Source of the DNA: Auanema rhodensis
Lineage: Eukaryota; Animalia; Nematoda
Direction of reading: 5' to 3'
NCBI GenBank assembly: GCA_964057225.1
Contig: OZ059898.1
Location: forward strand, 5,642,001-5,706,000
DNA length: 64,000 nt
The notes below the pieces were generated by a model. That model saw nothing but the letters and a program-made list of their open reading frames with translations. It was not told where the DNA came from and searched no databases. Made by a program: the position numbers and the translations under genes. This document shows positions 11,435 through 26,200 of the stretch, in pieces. Numbering within the stretch: position 1 is the stretch's first letter; every line of letters starts with the position of its first letter.

Positions 11435-14400
11435 CTTCTGTCTGTAATTATCGCAAATTATTTAGAAAATGGTTTAACAGAACTAAAAAGAAGAAGTAAA
11501 AACAATAAGAATTATATAATAAACAATATAAATTATAAAAAATAATAAATTTGAATGAGAAAGGAAAGTAACTTCAGAAGATATTGAAGAATATCAAAAG
11601 AATAAATGTAGGAGACACAAACTACACACTACTATAAGAATCATGATCAGACATTCTAATCTCATTGAATCATCTAAGCGAAGAAACGGTATAACTATAT
11701 GTGGTCTTTAACTTATTTAATATCTCTTTTCCTTTGATTCTAACATACATTCTTTGAGTTTCTTTTATCCTTTCTAGCATATTAACTAGGTCTAGTTTCT
11801 ATTATATTGATTCATACATAATGAATTACAAATTTCGTTAAAACCTACCATTTATATACTACATATGTTATAAATAATAATAAAAAGAAACAGAAACACC
11901 AAAGTTGTTTGCAACCAACTGTTATTCAACTTTGTGAAAAATGACTCAAATGATAAAATATAATAAGAAAATACCGGAATAATAAAAAAAATGTCTGATT
12001 CTTTCTATAATTTCGATGAAAATAAGTTGGATGGCTTTACTGTATATTTCTAGGACTATTGAAGATATTATAATGAAGCAAAAAAGATTTTGTAAAAAGG
12101 GTTTGAGAGAAAGTAAAATTGAAGGTGAAAGCCTCTGACTTGTCTTCCGAGATGAATTGAAGAGGTAGATGAGATGAAGTGCGAGCCTCAAGCGAAGTCT
12201 AGTTCATACTTGCCAAATTCACTCAAAAAGAAGAAATAATAGAATAAGGATAGAAACAGGAGAACTATATTCCTTAAATGATTTTAAAATTTAAAGTTTC
12301 CGGGAAAAATGCATGATGAAACCACTTATAACCAACAAATGAGAACGAAAAATGTTAAGTGAGGTATAGTTCAAAATTGAATAAAGTTAAGAACAGATAG
12401 AATTGAAGAACTAAAATTGATTAAAACAATATATGATATAATACTATTATAACTAAATAAATATGACATAATGAAGAATAAATATTATGTTTTAAGATTA
12501 TATTTCTACAAAAATGGAGACTGAAAACGGGTAAAAAGGCCCCTCATCTCTTAACCGAAACGGTCCTTGCCTTCTTTTAACCACCTTCCCCTTCTCTTTT
12601 GTCGTTTTCTCTGATTCTCTTTTTGCCTTTCCTTCTTACGATATTTTGCTCTTTCTCTCTATTTTCTCTCTCATTACTCTTCACTCTTCATAGGTTCTCT
12701 CGCCCTCCCGTTGGTCTCTTCTGATTTACAGACAGCCCACCCTTTTTATCTGAGACTGTACCATTCCGTCATCTGATTCTAATGGTAGTGGAGGTTAGGA
12801 TACTGGGGTATCAGTTGACGGGTTGTTGATCATCGGTAGTAGAAAGAGAATACCAACAAGAGAGAGTATCAAAGAAAGATAAAGAATGAAAGAGGGAGAG
12901 AAAGAAATGGCTCGAGGTATAGGAAGAGAGGTGTCAGAATTGTGGGGGGGGGGGAGTCGGAATACTAGGGGGTATAACCTAGTTAGAAAAGAATTCAGCC
13001 AGTCAACCGTCCCTACCTATTACATTCATGCGTTCATCATAGAACATGACAACCAACTATTTAAGAAACTATTAATTACATATGAAATAAGCATTTGAAT
13101 AAGAATATTTAAAAATGATATTTATAATAAAATATAAAACTATAACAAGTATTTATATAATAGTTATTTTAGACTTTTTAGTTTTTGTTGAAAAAACTAT
13201 GACCAATTAAAATAATTTCTTACGAAAAAGGGCAAAATGAGGAACAGGTAGTAACTCGATAATTTTCCTTTATGTCTATTTATTTCAAAAAAAAAAACAC
13301 ATCAAAGTATATCGTTTTGAATGAAAATATAAAATCTGATAATTTAGCTATTCTTCAGAAGACTTAAAGATATATAAGTTTAGAATATTTCTTTTTTTTT
13401 CATTTGATTTGTGATCATGATCGTTGCCAATTGAAAAGATTTTAATACGATCATAATTATAAAAGTTAATAAAAAATTAACAAGAAATGGAATAATTTCG
13501 AATACAATCTTCTGGACGTGAAGAAGTAAGAGAAAAAAATTGTTAACTATAAATCGTGTTTAGATATTGCTATTGTATTATAACTATTTAAATTATATTA
13601 TATAGTTAGTAAGCAAAAACTTGATTTGATAAATGCAAAGAAATGAAATGAGATTGTTTAGAAGACTAAGACAGGAAAGTATGATTCATTTATCCAGTAT
13701 TCACTCCGATTTTCTGACTCATCACTGTTTATAGCATATGTATGTATATACATACATAGTATGACATTCAGGTGACAACATGATTTGATGTTTTAATTTC
13801 TCTTAATTGTGTTCGGAAAACTTCTCTGCGCTTGTCAACAAGCTGCTAAATTATAAAACTTTTTGAAGCAAAAAAAAGTAAAAAAGAAACTCGAACTGTT
13901 ATGAATAAGACAGAGAAGGTGATGACAAACAAGGGGAAGTAAATGATGATATTCAGTGAAATATAAAGATCTCGGTTACGAAGAGACAAGATGACGAAGA
14001 AAGGATATCAGGTGGAATAATTCCTTGAATTGGATGACTCGTGAACACGTTCATTGAAAGCTCTCGGCGTCCAGAATATAGTTTTCTGACGACAACGGAT
14101 GCAAGTCGGAGGATGAGCGACCGATGATGATGTCGGGAAAGTATGACGGTGTTCAAGCCAGAAGAAAAGAGTGGGCAGTTAAAGAGAGCTCAAGGTCAGA
14201 TATAGTCAAGTCCCATATCAGAAATTAAGAAGATAAGACGAGGTGAACAAGGGAGTGAAACAGTTGAGAAAAATGGAACAGTTGATGATATTTTTAGTTG
14301 AAAAACGAAGAACCAAATAGATGATCAAAAGATGACGAATAAGCAAAAAAAATAATTTCTTAGTGGCTTATGTCATGTGCTTATCAAAATTTGTAACATA

Positions 14401-15532
14401 CAGAAGAGTTTGCTAGGTTCTAAATGTTGATTAAATGGAATGAAACTTCACATTGAAACATTTAAAAATACGAAAAAGAGGGGGAAAATTCAATTTTATG
14501 ATCATCTCATGACCTGAGGTCGATAGAAACGGTTGTCACTTCAATTCTTTTATAAAATATGGTGTCATAGTCTTTTTTCCAATCAGTATCAAGACCTACT
14601 ATGCATGTTCCTAGCCAATAGAATAAGGAAGAACTTTTTTGTTGTAGAATGACCTTTTCCGAAAGTATCATCAAAGAATTATTCTAAATTTTGTTATAAC
14701 GGTCCATATTTCAACAGTTTTTTGTTCAATTTCTCAGCTGGATATTTGAAGCCAGATGGATGAAAAAATAGGGTTAAGTGGATTAAGAATGACTAAAACG
14801 ACTAAATAGAAGATGAAATGAAACCTGCTCTTAACTCAGTAGTTTCAGAGATTCTAATAATATCTAAGGAAAAAAAGAGATTATAATGATAAAGAGAAAT
14901 AGATGCAAATACTGGTTAAGAATGCGTTATGCCTCAGTTTCATGTATACGTATCATGTATACATATGTATATACATGTGTATATATGTAAAAAAAACTGG
15001 ATTTGATGATCAAATCTAAAGTTTAAGAAAATATTTTTCAAACAAGAACATCATACCTACAACGCTTTGAAATATAATATTAAAAATTAAAATTATATTT
15101 ACGTAGCGATACGATACAAAGCCGAATGGATGGTTCGGAATAGATGTGACAACGTTGAACAGCACCGCCACATTTGAGTTTGGTAATCCGGATATCCTGA
15201 GGGCATCATCGTATTCTATTCTTTATCCTAGCCTTTCTATGAAATTCTGGTTTTCAACTAAACGAATTTCTAATAAAAAGTAAGACCAAAAGGAAAAAAA
15301 AGAAATGTGTTATGATTCGTATTATAATCAGCGTGACGTCAGTATTAGTGTCAAATAAGAATATTCATTTAACTATATAATTCAAGAAAACGTAATTCTT
15401 CCATAAAAAAACTCTGATATTTTTCTAATTTTGTTCATAAAAATATAGAATTGTGCGTTATAATCCAGTTTGAAATTATATTTAGAACAGTATCGTTTAA
15501 AAAATTTAAAGAAAATTTAATTCGGAATATTA

Positions 15533-15538
<6 letters not shown>

Positions 15539-15590
<52 letters not shown>
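15539..15590. repeat. (TA)n microsatellite
   Basis: About 26 TA units read directly. Confidence 0.95.
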
Positions 15591-15595
<5 letters not shown>

Positions 15596-16473
15596 TGTTT
15601 GAATAATGATTAAAGTACAGTTATCATTAAATTAGAAATTATGTTTACAACAGACAAAGTTGGACTAAGAAATGTTCGTTAGAGTAGGTCAAGGCAATTC
15701 AGAAGACTGATAATCACTTCTAACTGATGAGGAATACTAGCCGATAAACGCATAGCTGGCTGGTACAAGAGAAGAGAAAAGAGGACAACATAAAGATTGT
15801 TGGAATATCAGAGAGAAAAGAGATGAAAATTAAAAGTGAAGAATACAACCACGAATTGGAATACAGAGTCCCCGAGATCATCAGAAAATGAATTGAAGTA
15901 GAGCGATGACAAGAAAAGCGCCAATATGGATAAGGACTTCGGCCAAACAAGGACAGCTCACCTTTTTAGTATTTTTAGTTTCTCTCTCTCTTACTGTGTC
16001 TTTACATCCTTCTCTATTTCTCTGTTAAAATCTCTCTTGCTATCATTTTGCCTTGTTTTATCTTTTATCTTTGAAATAAGCATGAAAAGTCAAATTTGTT
16101 TGATTTTTGACTTCCAAAATTTTTTTAAACATTTGACCTTATGAGAAATATGATAAATCTTTCATTTCTTCTGGAAGTTTCCATTTTTTTCATAATAATA
16201 ATGAAATTGATTTGATAATTGATCTAAATCTTGTCTCTGTCTTATTTTAAAGTTTTGTTTTATGATAAGAAAAGCAAAAAAAATTAATTTTAAATATATT
16301 TATTATGCAAATTTTGTATTTTTTTTGTATTTATAATAATTATCATCTATAATGATTAATGAAAGAATAACATGAATATTTTAAAAGAGAAAAATGTTTT
16401 CTTTTTAATTAATAATGGCAGTGAATGAAATGAACAAATAAAAAAATAAAGCACATAATAGAAATTAAAATTA

Positions 16474-19400
16474 TTAACGGTTCTTCAAGCAAACTTGGCA
16501 TCTGGACACACGATCCTTGATAACTCCATACTTGAGAGTCTGGGGCATTGGCTTGCGGAATTGCTTATCCTACAAAATTATCGATTATTACACAAAAATG
16601 AAAAAAAAATGAAATTAAAAAGATTTCACTAATACTTACTTGATCAACAATAGCCATCCAGAATCCGTGATTGGTGGCATAGTAGTTACATGTTCCTATT
16701 CCGTGACATTCGATGAATGGCACAGCACGGAAGTGCTCCATACAGGAGCCAGGAGATTGAAGAGACTGTCCAGTACCTTCAGCTCCAGCAGCAGTATGCT
16801 GAATAATAAGATTAATACTTAATTTTAGATGAATAAAAGCATACCATAACGAATGAATAACCAGACCAGAGACCACTCCAACCAGCTGGACATTCTGGGA
16901 TCTTTGTATCTTGTGAATGAACAGCGATGATTTGTGTTGGAACTTCACATACGGCACATCTAGAAACGTATGGCCGGATGGAGCTTCCACTAACCTGAAG
17001 CATTATAAGTGTTTTAGAAAAAGATTTTTTTTAGAAATTCATACTGGGTTCATGGTTGATGTCATTGGTTCCTCGGTACTAAGCCAGTATGAATAGTCAT
17101 TTCTGGATGATATGTGACAGACGGAATTAAGGTTACAGAACATGAAAGGCATGGTATTGAATCTAGATAAACATGATCCTGGTTGTCCTGAAATTTTTTT
17201 TGCTTTAAATTAAATTAAAATTTTTCCTCACCAAGATCTTGACCGCTGGCTCTTCCATTTCCTTGTACGTATAGAAGGGAATATCCAGTCCAAAGAGGTT
17301 GAGCACCATTTGGACACTGAGGAACATCAACAGTCTGTGAATGCTTAGTGAAGGTGAATCCACGACTAGGAGCCCATCCTCCTGGAGTTCCAGGATAACC
17401 GGGTTGACCAGGTTGTCCTTGAAGACCGGGACGTCCGGGCTGTCCACGTTCTCCGGAGTTTCCAGGCTCTCCGGGTATTCCAGATGAACCTGATGGTCCT
17501 GGATATCCGTCCTGTCCAGAGCTTCCAGGGTATCCAGATTTTCCTGGTGGTCCAGGAAGACCTGGAGATCCATTTTCTCCGGGATATCCTTTTTCTCCTG
17601 GGTAGCCAGGCTCTCCTGGTTCTCCTTGAGGATTACGTTGTTCGAATGGTGCTGGAAGACCTGGTGGTCCAGTTGGTCCTGGTCTTCCTGGAAGTCCATC
17701 CAAACCATCAACTCCGGGTTGCCCATCATCTCCTAAAAAGCGAACTTAATTAAACATAACAAGTGTTTCAATTACCTCTATCTCCCTTGTATCCTGGGGC
17801 TCCTGGAGCTCCTGGGTACCCATCATCTCCACGGTGACCATTAACTCCAGGAAGACCGGCATCTCCATTTTGTCCTGGTCCTCCTGGCATACCTGGGCTT
17901 CCAGGATAACCTGGTAATCCTTCTTCACCGCAATCTCCGTCAGGACCAGGAAGTCCTGGGAGTCCGTCAGAACCAGGATAACCTGGGGCTCCATCATGTC
18001 CTCGTTTTCCATCGATTCCAACAAGACCAGGCTCTCCGATAACTCCTGGTAATCCAGAATCTCCGTGTGGTCCCGGTAATCCAGGAGGTCCTGGATATCC
18101 TTCGTCTCCGCAATCTCCTTCAAGACCAGGTTGTCCTGGCATTCCATCAGGGCCGGGATAGCCACTAGGTCCAGCAGGTCCGGCAGGACCATATGTATCC
18201 TGTCCTGGAGCTCCAGGAAGACCATCATCTCCTGGAAGTCCGGGAAGACCTGGTTGTCCATCATTTCCAGGATAGCCATCGATTCCAGAGTCTCCGGGCT
18301 GTCCAGGTAAACCAGCAGCTCCTTCACGTCCAGGTAAACCGGAATCTCCTGGATATCCAACGGGTCCTGGCAATCCAATATCTCCCTGTTAATAAAAAAT
18401 AATTTAAAAAGTTAAATTTTGAATCATACAGTTAATCCAGGAAGTCCAGCTTGTCCGGGATAACCATTGATTCCTTGAGCTCCAGTTTCTCCAACAAGTC
18501 CGGGTAATCCAGGTTGTCCTGCAAGTCCAGGAAGACCATTATCCCCAGGAAGACCGGGATAGCCTTTTTCTCCTTGAAGTCCTGCTGGACCCTAAACAAC
18601 GCCAATTAGACCAGATCAAATAATTATTTATTTACGGGATAGCCAGGTTGTCCAGAAAGTCCTGGAAGTCCAACTTCTCCACAATCTCCTTCACTTCCGG
18701 GAATGCCGGGTAATCCTTCACGTCCCTGTTTACCAGGAATTCCAACAAGTCCTGTTTCTCCCTTGGGTCCAGGCATACCAGTCATACCAGGCATACCAGG
18801 AACACCAGGAGTACCGTCCATACCGTCATAGCCAAGATCTCCTGGTTCTCCGCTCATTCCCTTTGGTCCAGGGTAACTGTCTCCAACCTAAAAAAAAATA
18901 TATAAATATTATTAAAGGTGATGGATGCATACATCTCCTGGGTATCCCTTATCTCCAGCAATTCCTTCTTCTCCAACCAATCCGGGTGGTCCATCTGGAC
19001 CAGGTGATCCAATATCTCCAGGTAATCCAGGATATGCCAAAGATCCTGGATCTCCGGGAAGACCTCTTCCTCCAGGAAGTCCAGGTTCACCTGGCTCACC
19101 ACTAAGACCTGGTAATCCATCATTTCCAGGAATTCCAGGGTATCCTAAACCAGTACTTGTAAAAAAGAAGTAAGTTTAATGTTACCATCTTGTCCATTCT
19201 CTCCTACAAGCCCAGGGTAGCCATCTTGACCTTGATCTCCAATTTCTCCTGGTTGCCCATCATATCCAGGTAATCCACTATCTCCAGGAGCACCATGAAG
19301 ACCAGGGAATCCAATGGAACCGTCTTCTCCTGGGAAACCAGGTTGTCCAGGCATTCCGTCAATACCATCTTGTCCTGGGAATCCACTAACTCCAGGTTCT

Positions 19401-22400
19401 CCACAGTCTCCTTCAAGTCCAGGGACTCCATCACGACCAGGATATCCTTCTTTTCCTGGGTATCCATTCTCTCCTGGGGCTCCAGGCAAACCAGGAAGTC
19501 CTTCTTGTCCGGGATATCCATTATCTCCAGGAACTCCCTGAGGACCTGGATATCCTACTTGTCCTGGATATCCATAGCCTGGTTCTCCAACAAGACCTGA
19601 AACAAAACAATAAACAGTTGTTTTCACAAAATATCTAGTAACCTGGTAAACCCGGAAGTCCAGGAAGACCATCATCTCCGAGTTCTCCGCAATCTCCATC
19701 AATGCCGTTGAATCCAACTTCTCCTTGTTGTCCACGGTGGCCAGCATCTCCTGGAGATCCTGGATAACCGGGAAGACCGGAGGCTCCCTTTTCTCCTGGA
19801 ATTCCAGGGAATCCATCTGGCCCAGCCTAAATATTATAATGAAAATAAATATTATCAATTGTAAGCTTACAGGTCCAGGAAGACCAGAGAGTCCATCAGC
19901 TCCAGGCTCTCCTGGCATTCCAGGAAGACCATCAGGTCCTGGAAGTCCTGGTTCTTGATGAAGCATTTGTTGTGGAGCTGGCACTCCAGGTGGTCCTTGA
20001 GCTCCTGGTAATCCAGGGAGTCCATCAGCTCCAACTTCTCCGCATTCTCCTGACTCTCCAGGTTGTCCTGGGTAACTGTCTCCTGGTGGACCTTTTGGAC
20101 CAGGAATTCCAAGCTTAAATATATCAATTTTTCATGAAGAATAATATTGAATTTACCATTCCTTCGCGTCCACGTTTTCCGTCAAGTCCGATCAATCCTT
20201 TTTCTCCACGATAACCGGGCAATCCGGGTTCTCCAGATAATCCAGGAGCTCCTTCACGACCCATCAATCCGGGAAGTCCAGGTAAACCTACATACATAAG
20301 TTTTAATAACATACAGTATATAATCAAATACCTGGAGGTCCTCGTTCACCCTTTAAACCGTCCATTCCAGGAGGATTCTCCATTGGTCCAATTATTTCTC
20401 CAGCTTCTCCCTTAAGTCCGGGGTATCCAGGTATTCCTGGCAATCCAGGAGATCCTGGAATACCATCGCTTCCACCAGGTCCAGGCTGGCCGGGAACTCC
20501 TGGCAGACCACAGTCTCCCATTTCTCCGTCAGGTCCTGGAGGACCAGGATATCCATCAACTCCTTGTTGTCCAGGTTCTCCCTTTAAGCCAGGAAGTCCA
20601 TCTGGACAGTATCCACAATCATCTCCTCTTGGTCCATTATCTCCAGAAGTTCCAGGGTATCCATCAAGTCCAATGCGTCCTAATATAATTCACTTAGTTA
20701 TTGTTGAACAATCCAAAAGAATTTACCATTTTCTCCTGGAGGTCCAGCTAATCCCATCATTCCGGGTGGTCCAACTTTGTTTACTCCAGTTCCAGGAAAA
20801 CCTTTTTCTCCTGGCATACCAGCATCTCCAACATCTCCTGGAAGACCAGGGAATCCGTCACGTCCGGATTGTCCGTCAGGTCCAGAGGGTCCCTGTTTAA
20901 GGAAATTACAAATAAAATGTATTATACTGCTTTATTTTTACTTGAACATCATATCCTGGAGGACCATCGTCTCCGGGCATACCACAATCACCGTCATCAC
21001 CAGGGAGGCCAGGGTTTCCAGGGTATCCGGGATAACCGTCTTCTCCGCGATCTCCCTTTTCAGAATATCCAGGAAGTCCAGGAATTCCGTCCGGTCCCTG
21101 TAAAAAGATATGCTTTTCACTTTTCATTAATTTTTAACATACAGAAACTCCTGGAGCTCCAATCGGTCCACGAGGACCAACAGGTCCGGAAAGACCATCG
21201 CGTCCAGCGTCTCCCTTAGGTCCAGGAACTCCATCAAAACCTTGAGGTCCACGTGGTCCAGGATCTCCATGACCTTCACCAAGTGGTCCAGCTGGTCCAG
21301 CCTATTTAAAATAATTTTAAAATATCAAAAGTATTTATTATCATACATCTCCTTCAATTCCAGGGCGTCCGGGATAACCTGGTTCTCCAGCTTCTCCTTT
21401 AGTACCAGTGTAGCCAGGCAATCCAGCCAAACCAGGTTCTCCTTGAGATCCCTTCTCTCCGTAAGCTCCCGTCATTCCATCTTTTCCTCGTTTACCACGA
21501 TTTCCAGCATCTCCTGGATCTCCTTTCTGTCCACGAAGTCCATGATATCCAGGTAATCCTTCTTGACCGGTTGTTCCTGGGGGTCCGACTGGCCCATCAC
21601 GACCTTTTTCTCCCTTCATTCCTATAATGTTCTTATTTTATTAATTTATTCTATAGTTTTAAAATTATACCAAAAGGTCCCATAGGTCCTTGAAGAACTT
21701 CAAGCTCTAATGGAGCTGAAGCTCCTGGGAAATATCCTGGAGGTCCAGAAGGTCCGGCAAGACCTTGCATACCCTTTTCTCCCTTAACACCAGGTGTTCG
21801 GATACCCATGCGTCCCTTCTCTCCAATAGGTCCGGGAAAACCTGGTGGACCATATGGACCGGGATCTCCCTTAGTACCCTTGTGTCCGGGGTATCCATTA
21901 TGACCGGGTGTACCAGGTTGTCCAGGAATACCTGGCTCTCCCGGTTCTCCACGTCTTCCAACAGAATTGATACCTGCAATATGGATGAAATTAGTTAATA
22001 TTTATTAATAACTGATCTGACCTCCTTCACCAGGAAGACCGGGTGTTCCATGTCGTCCAGCATTTCCTGTTGGTCCTGGCATTCCTGGAAGTCCAGCCAA
22101 ACCAGGTCGTCCAGGGAAACCCTAAAAACAAATTACAAGCATTAAAATCGTCGATACAGTTTAATTTTAATTCCGATTCTAGATTCAATTTCTCAGGTTT
22201 TTCTTAAAAAAATCATTTTTTTAATGTTTAGTTTTCTTTAATATGATATATCAAACTTGGACCGGCTTCCATTAGAAATCGCTAAGAAGATTCAAGAATA
22301 TGACTCATTCATTGATTTCAAATATCTATCCCACTGGCAAACGTTTATCTTCTCACTTGGCTCCCTCTATATTGCACATCTACTCCCACAACCCTTTCCC

Positions 22401-23251
22401 TCTGTCTCTTCTTCATCTACGCCTCCTTCTGTTGTGAGGCCTGTTACAACATAGGCTGGCTATGAAGCAGCTTTGATATAGCTTGAGAGTACGAGACAGA
22501 GATATTAGGTGAAAGATATTGAGAGAAATGAAAGAAAGAAAGAGATGAGCAAGACAGGCAAGAGTGAGTGCATTGACATTGATTCAAAAGGATGAGAAAA
22601 GTTTCTTTGTAAACTATTAGTAATTATATGGATTGATGATAATATGACATTTAAATGTTATTCCCCATATGTTGTATTGAATACTTTGATTTTAATCTCT
22701 ACTCTTTCTAGTTTTAACTTTGTTTTTCACTTCAACTTACATCAGTTCCATTGCATCCGGGAATACCTTCTTCTCCCTTCAAACCTGGTGGACCATCAAG
22801 TCCAGGTAAACCAGGATATCCAGGTGCTCCATTCAATCCTTAATGATATATTCATATATGAGTATAGCATACAGTTTTTTGCTTACCTCGGTCTCCTCGG
22901 GATCCCTTAGCTCCGATATCTCCAAAATCTCCTTCAGAACCGACCATTCCGGGAGCACCTTGAGGTCCTTCCAAACCATCAGTTCCTGGGGGTCCAGGAT
23001 GTCCTGGCTCTCCAATAAAACCAGAAACACCCTTGAAAAAAACAACTTTATGTTTTCAAAGCTGCACAGTATTTACCTTTTCTCCTTTAGTTCCTGGGCA
23101 AATACATGGTGGTGCACAACCTTTACATGCAGCAGCTTCTGTAAACCTCCTAAACATATCATTTAAGAATTTTATAGGATAATTTCAACACATACGCTTC
23201 CGGATAGAAGGAATAGAGGCAAAGAGCCAGGAGGAGACCACGTATCCACAT
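16474..23251 (-). CDS. emb-9: Collagen type IV alpha-1 chain (EMB-9 orthologue), multi-exon
   Basis: Signal peptide [19 protein letters not shown]; 7S start [20 protein letters not shown] and GCNGTDGFPG match recalled C. elegans EMB-9; long interrupted Gly-X-Y region; NC1 domain [19 protein letters not shown]...GQDLG...[10 protein letters not shown] with TAA at 16476-16474. Confidence 0.95.
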
Positions 23252-26200
23252 GGTTCAAACCTCCGACAGCTCTCTTATGACCCAGAGATCTTAAAAAAAT
23301 AAAAGTTAATATATTATTTAATTAAATATTATAAGAATTATTGTTAAGTATAGCAAGAAAAATAAAATATTTTAGTCAAAAGTAAAAACGAAATGTTGGA
23401 CGAGGGAAAAGATATTAGATCCTGCGATGTAATAAGATGGCTGGGTGTTCAAAAAAACTATTATGATATGAAAGATAATATTCAAAAAATCAAAATAGTA
23501 CTATTGGTTAGAAAACTTTGAATATTTTCAAAAATCTTATTTTATTAAATAATACACATTAAATAAATAGAAAACAGTTTTTAAATAGTTGAAAATAGAA
23601 AAAAAGAAGTAATTTATTGAGAAAAAAAGATTGAAAATTATAAATTAAAACATGAAATATAATTAATATAATGAATGAATCTTTTATTGTTATAAACAAT
23701 ATAGTTAAAATAATAAACAGAAGTTATAATATTATAATTCATATGTAAAAGTGTAGTGAATATACTAATTTTTGAAAAAATAAATTAACAATGAATTAAA
23801 ATAGAAAATTAACAAATAAATATGCAGAATCAGTCAATTTGCGAATGAGGTTAAGATAAAGATTACATCGAGAATGTGGGGTGTGTTAGTGGAAGCTAGG
23901 AAAGGGTGCCTGGAGTTGACTGAAAAGCAGAAGAGATCAGAGTTAAGAGAAGAAACAGATGGAGAATAGATATAGGATTAACAGGAGAACGACATAGAAA
24001 TAAAAGAAAAGAAGTTGTAATAGATATAGAATAACGAATGAAGAGAGTATAAGGATAAAGAAATCCATTAGAGAGTTTTGATGTGAATGTCAAAAAGTGG
24101 AGAGATTAATAGAAAAATATAGTGATCAAACCAAAGAAGATAGAAGAAAATGAAGAGACAGAGACACAAATAGGCAACTAAATGGATGTAACAATACATT
24201 TGTAGACTGTTAAGCTACCATTTAATTCATTTTCACAAAAATCTTTTATTAATCTTATGAAAATTATCTAATTTATGTTAAACGCAAAAGCATTTGAATT
24301 ACAAAATCTAAATAACATGTTTATACTGAGAAAGTTTTGATATTTCATTGAAAATTGGGCATACGGTAACTTCTTCTACTTGTCTCTCTGGAAAATAAGA
24401 GAAGCTTTATCTTAATGATAACTTTGACAATTTGTTTAGTTCAACAGACACATGATTTTCCATTCAGCATCATCCATCCCCCTCGTATCCCATTTAAAGC
24501 CAGATGGTTTTAAACATTTTTTTCTCAACAATCCGAGAAGAGAAATAGGAAAAGAGCGATGAATAAATTTTTTTAACACGTTTGACAAAGTTCAATAGAA
24601 GTACTGGCAGTCGACGGCAGAAGCTGTTAGACTTTTTATTATATTTCGTTCACTAACATTCTATCTTACTCCTCTATCCAAACTTTTTCATCATCTTTTC
24701 CTTTATTCTCTCATTTAACCTCATTCCTTTTTATCTCTGACACAATGAGGTTAGGCAACTGTTACTCTCCTAAACTCTCTATTTCATATGAACTATCATC
24801 AATAGCATAAGTGTCTTTGCAAAAGTTTGACCAAGGCCCTTCCCCTTCTCCTCAAACTCCCCCTGACCTCAGACAGCCAACTGTTTCTGCTCTCAACACA
24901 TTCTGCTGCTTAAACTGTTCCTATTCTGTAACTGCTCTCTGATAGGCGGAAAATAAGAGATAGTGAGAAAGAATGAGATTTAGAGAGAGAGCAAGAAAGC
25001 AAAAAAATAGATAGAGAGGCTGAACGATTAAGAAAGATTATATGAAAAATTAGAGAAATACAGATAATTAGTAGACTATTCAGAATTATCATTCGTATCC
25101 TAAAACAAAAAATTGACCACTATTTATAATTTTGTTTTGATATTTCTTATAAAATAAATTAAAAATAATTATATTCAAATCAAACAAGAAAATTTTGGGT
25201 GATATGTAATTGAAAGTAGTATTGTTTCATATTTATCTAGCCATTAATGATCATTCCTAAGAGCTTAATGATGATGATGGATATGCTTAGTGAATGTTTA
25301 AGATCTTATAAAGTTCAAAAGTATACATTTCTTCTTGAAAGTATATTTTTCTAATTTTACAAACTTTGTTCCTTCAAGTTTCAGATAGAAATGCAATTTT
25401 ATGAAATTATGAATTTGTATTCTTCTGTAGGGTATAACTTGAAATTGAAAAAATGGTTATTACATGAATGTGAATTAAAGTAAAAATAACAATAATACAT
25501 AAATAATTCAATAATTATAAATAATATATAAAATATAAACAAATAATTATTTTAAGACTCAACAGCAGACGGAAATATTAGTAAATGTGAATTGTATTAA
25601 GTCGGAGATCGAATCGAAGACAGAAATGGCGTCGTTGATGACAAAAAACATTACAGCTGCTCTTTCTCTCTCTAGGTCTTGGACTTTCTTTTCAGCCTGT
25701 TCTCTATCGTCTTTCATCATTCCTATCCTCCTCGAATGTTGCGAGAGATATCAGAAATATAATGAAAGTCACAAGAGAAACAGATAGAAAGTAAGAGAAG
25801 CCAGAAGGAATGAGGTCGGTAAGAAGATGAAATAGAGAGTGCAGAGGTTTTTGATTGTGATAAAGAGAATTGATGATTCAAAGTAGCTTCAACAAGAAAT
25901 AGATCTTTGTTCGATATTAAAAATTTTAAATTTTTCTTCCAAAAAAAAACTTTTAGTCTTCATCGTTTTATAATTACAGCGTGCTTCGTTACAAATATTA
26001 TATGTTACTTAAATTATATTTAAAACTATCGGTTGATCTAAAAGCTAAATAGATAGATGGGCTTAATGATTCAGATAGATGGATGAGTGATGAATCAAAA
26101 ATAGAATAGTTAGGATAATACAACAGGCGACCATAAATATATCAGAATAGATCGTACACATCTAACTATATGTGTACAAAAGTGATGACAAAAAATATCT

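Noticed and set aside
12943-12972. G11 run plus G5 (also G-run near 348-357 and C-run near 35520) as G-quadruplex sites
   Set aside because: Short homopolymers only; nothing in the sequence supports a function.
13953-14260. Higher-GC island with short ORFs upstream of the LDL-A gene
   Set aside because: No consistent acceptor/donor pair or recognisable protein; more likely regulatory.
22122-22740. Possible alternative exon in the long emb-9 intron (as in let-2)
   Set aside because: No Gly-X-Y reading frame with splice sites was found.
17205-23166. Many overlapping ORFs on both strands across the collagen gene
   Set aside because: Shadow frames of Gly-X-Y codon periodicity; only the minus-strand GXY frame has consistent splice sites.
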